64,000 nucleotides of DNA from the NCBI GenBank assembly GCA_030698395.1, contig JAUYKW010000025.1:68179-132178 (forward strand), read 5' to 3'. Position numbers and translations under genes: made by a program. The stretch comes from a bacterium. Lineage in GTDB: Bacteria; Patescibacteriota; Patescibacteriia; UBA9570. The notes beneath the pieces are model-generated. The model searched no databases and was not told where the DNA came from. It worked only from the letters and a program-made list of their open reading frames with translations. Below are positions 58,317 through 64,000 of the stretch, in pieces (within the stretch, counting starts at the first letter, position 1; each line of letters starts with the position of its first letter).

Positions 58317-58734
58317 GGGACGAAACATTTTTTTAATTCTAGGTACTATAGTGCTTTTATTTGCATTTTCTATACCGGCTAATGCTCAACCCAGAAAGAC
58401 ACTTAATGAGTATGACCAAGTCATACAAAATGAAACTCAGTTAGGGGGAATTGAGGTAAGTGAAGCGGGAGCGCTTAATTCTGCAGTAGTATTAGGTGGC
58501 CCACTTGATATGGCATCACAAATAATTAATTTATTACTTGGTTTGTTAGGAACAATAAGTGTTATTTTTATGTTTTATGCGGGATGGTTATGGATGATTG
58601 CTCGTGGTAATCAGGACCAAGTAAAAAAAGCCAAAGATATTCTAACCGGAACCGTCATTGGATTGTTTTTTATTCTAGCGTCTTATACGCTATTAAACTT
58701 TGTATTTAGAAGCTTGGTTACGATAACTAACTAA
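58303..58734 (+). CDS. VirB2/TrbC-like pilin 8
   Basis: YAGWLWMIARGNQDQVKKAKDILTGTVIGL. Confidence 0.85.
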   Translation: MELLKGRNIFLILGTIVLLFAFSIPANAQPRKTLNEYDQVIQNETQLGGIEVSEAGALNSAVVLGGPLDMASQIINLLLGLLGTISVIFMFYAGWLWMIARGNQDQVKKAKDILTGTVIGLFFILASYTLLNFVFRSLVTITN

Positions 58735-58741
58735 TCTTGCC

Positions 58742-59092
58742 TTATCCAGTAGCAGCAGATTGAAATACAGCAAAGGTGTATTGTAAGATTGCGTAACTAC
58801 TTAAAATTATAGCCAAACCAATGGCTGCCCACAATAATGTGCTACGGCCTTTTTTGATTTTCTCTTCGTTTCCACCAGAAAACAATACTTTAAAACCACC
58901 CCAAATGAACATTAACAAGGTAGCTGCACCTACAATACCTAATAATGCTTGAATAATTGCTCCAATAATAAGAATTGGTTCTGCATCTTCGGCACCGGCA
59001 AATGGTGGAGCGAGACTTTCGGTGGCGGCCGCTATGCTAGGGAGGCTTAGAAAAAGAGCTGTGGCGGCAACTGTTTTGATTTTAGTAAACAT
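58742..59092 (-). CDS. VirB2/TrbC-like pilin 9
   Basis: WGGFKVLFSGGNEEKIKKGRSTL.WAAIGL; start set at MFTKIK (59092). Confidence 0.83.
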   Translation of the reverse strand: MFTKIKTVAATALFLSLPSIAAATESLAPPFAGAEDAEPILIIGAIIQALLGIVGAATLLMFIWGGFKVLFSGGNEEKIKKGRSTLLWAAIGLAIILSSYAILQYTFAVFQSAATG

Positions 59093-59112
59093 AGAGTAGT
59101 AACTAATAATAT

Positions 59113-59970
59113 TTAATATTTTACAACGCATGTTTTGCCAGTTTCTGTACAACTGTAATCTAGTTTCAAATAGAGAGATTCATTTGCTTTATAAGCCGAT
59201 GTAGCAACACACTCTGCTTTACGCCCTTCAAGGCTAGATATGTTTAGATTGTTTATTAGAGTACAATCACTAGAGCAATAGCATTGTTTTTTATCCATTC
59301 CAGCATCACTTTCAGCAGTAGCTAGATCCGGTGCGTCTGTTGTGCATTTATTATCATCACCTTCAGGATTTAGTTTACGGTAACAAATACAATTAGATCC
59401 TTTTTCTTTGCAATCACCAACGCCACCACAATAGTTACCAGCTGGCTGGCCAGCACAAGATTTACCAACTGGTAAACAGGCTGGAGGTTCCCACCAGGCT
59501 GAATCAAAGATTGTTGCTTTATTGCTTCCTTGTTCACCACTAAATATATTGCCTGATTCGGCAGTACTGTAATAAGCAGTGCGGACAATGAAGTTTACGG
59601 CAAACCAAGCGAAAAATACGATAGCTAACCCAGTAACAGTTCCTATTAGGATCTTTTTTCCAGTTTCAACTCGCTGTTCATTTCCAGAGGAAAATATTAA
59701 GAAGAACCCACCAACAATAAACATGATCAATGAGAGCGAGCTAACGGAAGCTGCTATTAAATTAGCTGCATTGGTAAATATTAAAGTGACGTCACAGATA
59801 TTACAACCAATAGAACTTTGCCAACATTTTGATGGCACTATAGAAATACCAAAACCAGCAGTGGCAGGGTCTTCTGCTTGAGTAGCAAATGGAATTGCTA
59901 AGAACGCCAGTAATAAAACAGCCGTTTTTATGCTACGGACAATATTGTTGCGGAGGCTATTATTAATCAT
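59113..59970 (-). CDS. VirB2/TrbC-like pilin 10 with Cys-rich C-terminal extension
   Basis: GGFFLIFSSGNEQRVETGKKIL.G.V.GL core; CWQSSIGCNICD before the core; about 13 Cys in the C-terminal domain. Confidence 0.8.
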   Translation of the reverse strand: MINNSLRNNIVRSIKTAVLLLAFLAIPFATQAEDPATAGFGISIVPSKCWQSSIGCNICDVTLIFTNAANLIAASVSSLSLIMFIVGGFFLIFSSGNEQRVETGKKILIGTVTGLAIVFFAWFAVNFIVRTAYYSTAESGNIFSGEQGSNKATIFDSAWWEPPACLPVGKSCAGQPAGNYCGGVGDCKEKGSNCICYRKLNPEGDDNKCTTDAPDLATAESDAGMDKKQCYCSSDCTLINNLNISSLEGRKAECVATSAYKANESLYLKLDYSCTETGKTCVVKY

Positions 59971-61342
59971 AAGTAAGTGCTACTTTACTAGCGGTATTTT
60001 TTACAGCAGTGTTTACATCTAATCGTCCTTCATTGATGATTGTTATCATGTCGGCAAACTGATCTTCAACTTCTTTTGGTTGTGATCCTGCATACCAGCT
60101 TTGAGCAGTTAGGGATTGATCGGCGAATACAGAAAGTACGTAATCTTCTTTTTGTTCCTCTAAAAGAGTTTTGAGAGCAGATGGTTTTTTAGTGGCAGTA
60201 AGGTATTTTTTAACTTTTGCATTTTCAGTAGTTATAGCCTCTATTAATGCCCAGGCCTCATCAGTTACTTTACTATTAATTGATACGGTTTCTAGCCAGT
60301 AATTAGCGTAGTTAATATTGTTGTTAATATTAACTTGTGGCATAGGTGCTAAATCAAAATTTAAATTTGGAGCACGATTGTTTATTTGTTTTAGATCGTA
60401 GTGATAGCCAAAGTAGAAAGCTGTATCGCCATCAATGAAGGATTCCAGTGCATCTGATTGGTCAGCATTCCAGCTGTACCATTCAACATCTGGATTAGCA
60501 AAACTGGTATAAAATTCTACTGCTTGGTTACCAGGATTGTATCCGCGTCTTTCTTTTAGATCTGTTTGAAAAGTAACATTGGAGCCACTAGTCATAACAG
60601 CACCATTTTGCAACATTAACAGTGATATGATGTCAAAAGAGCGAGGAATGTTGTTGCTAGTTCCTAATGCAGCTCCAGACTGGATGATGTTATTATCAAT
60701 ATCAACTAAGGTTAGCCGGGGAACTTGTTCGACAAACTGATCCCATGTTTCTGGTGGGAGGGCAATTTTTGCTTGGCTTAGCATGTCTTTGTTGTAGTAT
60801 AAGACCATTGTGTCCATAGAAAGAGGAAGCGCAAATATCTTTTCTGTTGCCTTATCTTTGCTAGTTGCTTTGTGCACCATGACTACGTCATCTGAGACAA
60901 CTTGTGGGAATGAACTGCCTAGTTGTTGAACGGAAATAGTGCTGAGGGTTTGGGGAGTTACTACTAATTCTTTTTGGCCTAGACTTTCTTTTGTTTCAAC
61001 TGATGTTATTGCAATAGTAGCAGGCATTGGTTCAATGAGATCTTCAAATTTACCAAGATGAGAGTTTGGTATTGAAAAAATATCTGGACCTTCACCTTGA
61101 GCCCAAGCAGAAATTAATTCGTCTTCATAGTTTTGGATGTTTAGCTGTCTGTATTCTACTTGAATATACGGATATTTTACGGCAAATGCATCAAAGGCAC
61201 CTCTAAGATCTGCATCGCTATTTACAACAGACCAATATTTTAAAACAATGGTACTGGGAGAGGTATCTTTACTTTTGCATATGGCTCCACTAAAAATTAA
61301 TAGTGAAAGCAATAGTCCAACGCCAAAAATACTTTTTTTCAT
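59963..61342 (-). CDS. Extracellular solute-binding lipoprotein (sugar-binding family 1-like)
   Basis: Lipobox-like SGAIC; GEGPDIF, ALPLSMDTMVLYYNKDML, PPETWD, FIDGDTA. Confidence 0.85.
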   Translation of the reverse strand: MKKSIFGVGLLLSLLIFSGAICKSKDTSPSTIVLKYWSVVNSDADLRGAFDAFAVKYPYIQVEYRQLNIQNYEDELISAWAQGEGPDIFSIPNSHLGKFEDLIEPMPATIAITSVETKESLGQKELVVTPQTLSTISVQQLGSSFPQVVSDDVVMVHKATSKDKATEKIFALPLSMDTMVLYYNKDMLSQAKIALPPETWDQFVEQVPRLTLVDIDNNIIQSGAALGTSNNIPRSFDIISLLMLQNGAVMTSGSNVTFQTDLKERRGYNPGNQAVEFYTSFANPDVEWYSWNADQSDALESFIDGDTAFYFGYHYDLKQINNRAPNLNFDLAPMPQVNINNNINYANYWLETVSINSKVTDEAWALIEAITTENAKVKKYLTATKKPSALKTLLEEQKEDYVLSVFADQSLTAQSWYAGSQPKEVEDQFADMITIINEGRLDVNTAVKNTASKVALTYD

Positions 61343-61401
61343 GCAAAAATTATACCACTTTTTTAAAGATAATACAATTTTATTTTACCCTAGCTTATTA
61401 T

Positions 61402-62637
61402 CTAAGTGATGTTGTATACAGACTGTAAGAGGTTGGAAAATTGAGATGATATTTCCTGATTAAATGAAGGATCTTGATAGATTAGTAAATCAACGTATCG
61501 TTTTACAGGCCAGAAGCGAGTTTGTCTAGGGATATTGATGTATTTAGATGGAAGATGAACATCACAAGCAAAGTGTTCTAGTTGAAATACATTATCTTTA
61601 TCAATGGTTTTTTCAGCTAAAATTAACGGTAGGTCATCATCAAAATTCATCAAGTCTTTCAGTGTAAACCAAAAAGAGTTGGTGTTGAACCATTTTATCG
61701 AGTCTTGATCGAAATTTGGCGGAAATTTCATTTGCTCTACAATAATAAGTTCTTCATCAACGAAACATGGAGCTCCACCTTGATCGCCGAGTTCTTTAGT
61801 TGCCAATTCCACAGTACGGCCATATTTGTGGTTTACATGGTAGCCTAATAAAGCAGGATCAATAGTTGCGCCAAGATTATCAATGTTTGCAAAAAATAGA
61901 TATTTTACATTTGGAATGTGTGCAGAACGTAAATAATCTTGTAGTAAGTAAATAAAATCTCCATGACCACATGGTGCAAATGATAAGGATCCATCAGTTG
62001 TAACAAATAAATCAATATTTTTTAGGTTATCAACTTTTGTAAATCTGGGCATTGTTGGTTGTTGGACAACAAAATGAAATCTTTCTGGGTCTAGATCTGG
62101 ATATTTCTTATATAGAGCATTTAAATGCTTTCTAGTTTGTTCATCTGTAATGAAGCTATTCATTATCACAACTTGGGGATGAACATCTAGTTTTGATTGT
62201 TTGGTAATTTCTAGTAGATTACGAATTTTTAATTCTAAATAACTCATGTCATCAATTACTGGTGCTACTCCCTTTGGCAGATTAGTAATTTCTGGAGTAA
62301 TTTTATTCAGTGCAGTTTGATAGCGAATTTGTTCTTCTGGAGTTACTTTAGATTCATCAAAATATCGCGTGGCTGCGCCTCCGTTTAACCAAAAAACTAA
62401 GAGTTCATCATCTTTGAGAGCGTCATTTCCCGCGTTGATCATCTTTTGAGTGTCTAGATTAGAATACTCATTGATATCGGAATTGGTTGGTGGTCTTAAA
62501 CGGTTTTTATCTATCACAAAAGAGCTGTGATCTAATTCTCCAGACTGTAATTTCACATGCAGTGATTTAATATGATCTGGATCGATACCTTGAACTTTTA
62601 GTTTGTTACGAATTTCATCGCGGTCTATGTGTAACAT
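61402..62637 (-). CDS. UTP--glucose-1-phosphate uridylyltransferase of the eukaryote-like (UDPGP) family
   Basis: LNGGAATR, PKG, IMNSF.T, PCGHGD, NIDNLGATID, FNTNS, RFWPVK. Confidence 0.85.
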   Translation of the reverse strand: MLHIDRDEIRNKLKVQGIDPDHIKSLHVKLQSGELDHSSFVIDKNRLRPPTNSDINEYSNLDTQKMINAGNDALKDDELLVFWLNGGAATRYFDESKVTPEEQIRYQTALNKITPEITNLPKGVAPVIDDMSYLELKIRNLLEITKQSKLDVHPQVVIMNSFITDEQTRKHLNALYKKYPDLDPERFHFVVQQPTMPRFTKVDNLKNIDLFVTTDGSLSFAPCGHGDFIYLLQDYLRSAHIPNVKYLFFANIDNLGATIDPALLGYHVNHKYGRTVELATKELGDQGGAPCFVDEELIIVEQMKFPPNFDQDSIKWFNTNSFWFTLKDLMNFDDDLPLILAEKTIDKDNVFQLEHFACDVHLPSKYINIPRQTRFWPVKRYVDLLIYQDPSFNQEISSQFSNLLQSVYNIT

Positions 62638-62730
62638 ATCTAGAGTAATATAGCATTTATAGGGTCAAATTTCAAGGGGTTTGTTAAGAAATGTTTAATG
62701 TGAAAACTAATCTTGTGTTATGATACGGGT

Positions 62731-63510
62731 ATGCATAATATAAAAGAAATAGCGCAATTTACCCAGCAGTTAGCAACGGAAGCTGGTGAGTTGTTGTTAA
62801 AGGCATATCAAGAACAGAGTGGTGCAAACAATGCAAAACGCACTTCACCAAAAGAAATGAAATTAGTAGAAGATGCCACCATAGATGAGTGGTTGGTGCA
62901 GAAAATTCTTGAAACATATCCGACTCATTCAATTTTAGCAGAAGAAAGTGGGGAACATAAAAAAGGAACGGATGTTTTATGGATAATTGATCCGATTGAT
63001 GGGAGTGTTAATTTTAGTGTCCAGAATCCATTTGTTGCAATATCTTTAGCTGTGGTTATCAATGGAGAACTAACTATTGGTGTAATTGAAGCACCAGTAC
63101 TGCAAGAACAATTTATTGCCGTGAAGGGCAAAGGAGCGAAACTCAATAAAAAAGAAATTCATGTGTCACAAACAAAAAAGTTGAGCGATGCTTATCTGGT
63201 TAGTTGTGAAGGAGGCGCAAAAGACAGAACTGCAGTATTGGAGAGAATTATCGTGAATTATTTTGATCAGGTTAAAGATGTGCGCAAGTTGGGATCGGCA
63301 GCTTTGGAATGTGCATGGGTAGCAAGTGGGAGAGCTGATGCGTACGTTACAATTGAGATTGATCCGTGGGATGTAGCTGCTGGCATTTTAATAGTACAAG
63401 AAGCTGGTGGTAAAGTTACTACATTTGATAATGAAGCTTGGGAACCAAAAAGAGCAGACATAATCTGCTCTAATGGATTATTACATGATGAGTTGATGAG
63501 TCTTTTATAG
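62731..63510 (+). CDS. Inositol monophosphatase family protein (second paralog)
   Basis: ILAEE, WIIDPIDGSVNF, RKLGSAAL, WDVAAG. Confidence 0.92.
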   Translation: MHNIKEIAQFTQQLATEAGELLLKAYQEQSGANNAKRTSPKEMKLVEDATIDEWLVQKILETYPTHSILAEESGEHKKGTDVLWIIDPIDGSVNFSVQNPFVAISLAVVINGELTIGVIEAPVLQEQFIAVKGKGAKLNKKEIHVSQTKKLSDAYLVSCEGGAKDRTAVLERIIVNYFDQVKDVRKLGSAALECAWVASGRADAYVTIEIDPWDVAAGILIVQEAGGKVTTFDNEAWEPKRADIICSNGLLHDELMSLL

Positions 63511-63549
63511 ACTACTTGTACTAGCAGGACGAAAGGGTATACTTAATAT

Positions 63550-63819
63550 ATGGAAGATCGACTCCTAAAAATGGAACGAGATTTGGCTGATATTAAGCAA
63601 AGAAATAGCAGAGTTGAAGCCGACAAAGCTTGGGAAACAAGCCTGGCTAGATCTGTAATTATCGCTATTATTACTTATCTGGTTATTGTTACGTTTTTTT
63701 GGTTTGCTGACATTTCTCGTCCCTTAATAAATGCTATTGTGCCGGCTTTGGCTTTCTTGTTATCAACTTTAACTTTGTCATTTGGTAAGAAATATTGGAT
63801 TAAAAATCATAATAAATAA
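63550..63819 (+). CDS. Small membrane protein with RN.RVE.DKAWETS motif
   Basis: Coiled N-terminus followed by two hydrophobic helices; TATACT 6 nt before ATG. Confidence 0.7.
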   Translation: MEDRLLKMERDLADIKQRNSRVEADKAWETSLARSVIIAIITYLVIVTFFWFADISRPLINAIVPALAFLLSTLTLSFGKKYWIKNHNK

Positions 63820-63837
63820 TCATTTAATAAAAAAATT

Positions 63838-64000
63838 ATGTCTGGCAGTATAAATGATAACTCAAGCGAAGGTGAGAAAGTAGGCGAAGAAATTTGTTGT
63901 CCACGATTTAATCCAGAGCCATGGGACGAAAAAGAAATTCAATGGGAGAATAAACTATTTGTAAAAGATGTTGTAAAAAGCATTCTTCATATCCCTTTGA
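63838..64000 (+). CDS. Partial CDS, conserved hypothetical/putative hydrolase family (CCPRFNPEPWDEK...)
   Basis: Manual translation MSGSINDN..ICCPRFNPEPWDEKEIQWENKLFVKD..HIPL; runs off the window end. Confidence 0.6.
   Translation, partial: MSGSINDNSSEGEKVGEEICCPRFNPEPWDEKEIQWENKLFVKDVVKSILHIPL

Noticed and set aside
55040-59970. Pilin array considered as a DGR target or an invertible shufflon
   Set aside because: No near-identical template/variable repeat pair, reverse transcriptase, recombinase or repeated inversion sites seen; paralogs are diverged throughout
1-64000. Alternative genetic code (TGA=Gly, code 25)
   Set aside because: Long housekeeping genes are uninterrupted under code 11, and TGA ends genes at expected lengths (e.g. 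tsaE, yraN, ruvC)

Overview
AT-rich (~30-35% GC by eye) bacterial chromosome segment spanning the replication origin (yidC-yidD-rnpA-rpmH | dnaA-oriC-dnaN-dciA, plus three parS sites). Gene content suggests a Patescibacteria/CPR (Parcubacteria-like) organism using code 11, which is an inference: there are ten VirB2/TrbC-like pilins, pilT, bactofilin, a membrane PPase, LDH, tRNAs without encoded CCA and mostly SD-less genes. Most of the window is housekeeping and fermentative metabolism, with five tRNAs. The main anomalies are: (1) a single ~65% GC PLP-aminotransferase gene (14150-15724) with a strong Shine-Dalgarno, a structured leader and a 3' hairpin array, which is a divergent same-subfamily paralog of a native low-GC aminotransferase 1.5 kb away, whereas many native genes look leaderless; (2) a ten-member pilin array flanked by two GT-C glycosyltransferases and sugar-activation enzymes; (3) a 7TM/ATP-grasp/retropepsin module coupled to GT4, glgA and a kinase; (4) small palindromic elements (a 30-bp insert in a duplicated tRNA-Ala 5' end, twin GTAG REP-like terminators); (5) apparent pseudo-enzymes (an RHH-nucleotidyltransferase fusion and a TrxB lacking CXXC). 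All calls come from reading the sequence and recalled motifs; no searches or folding were run.
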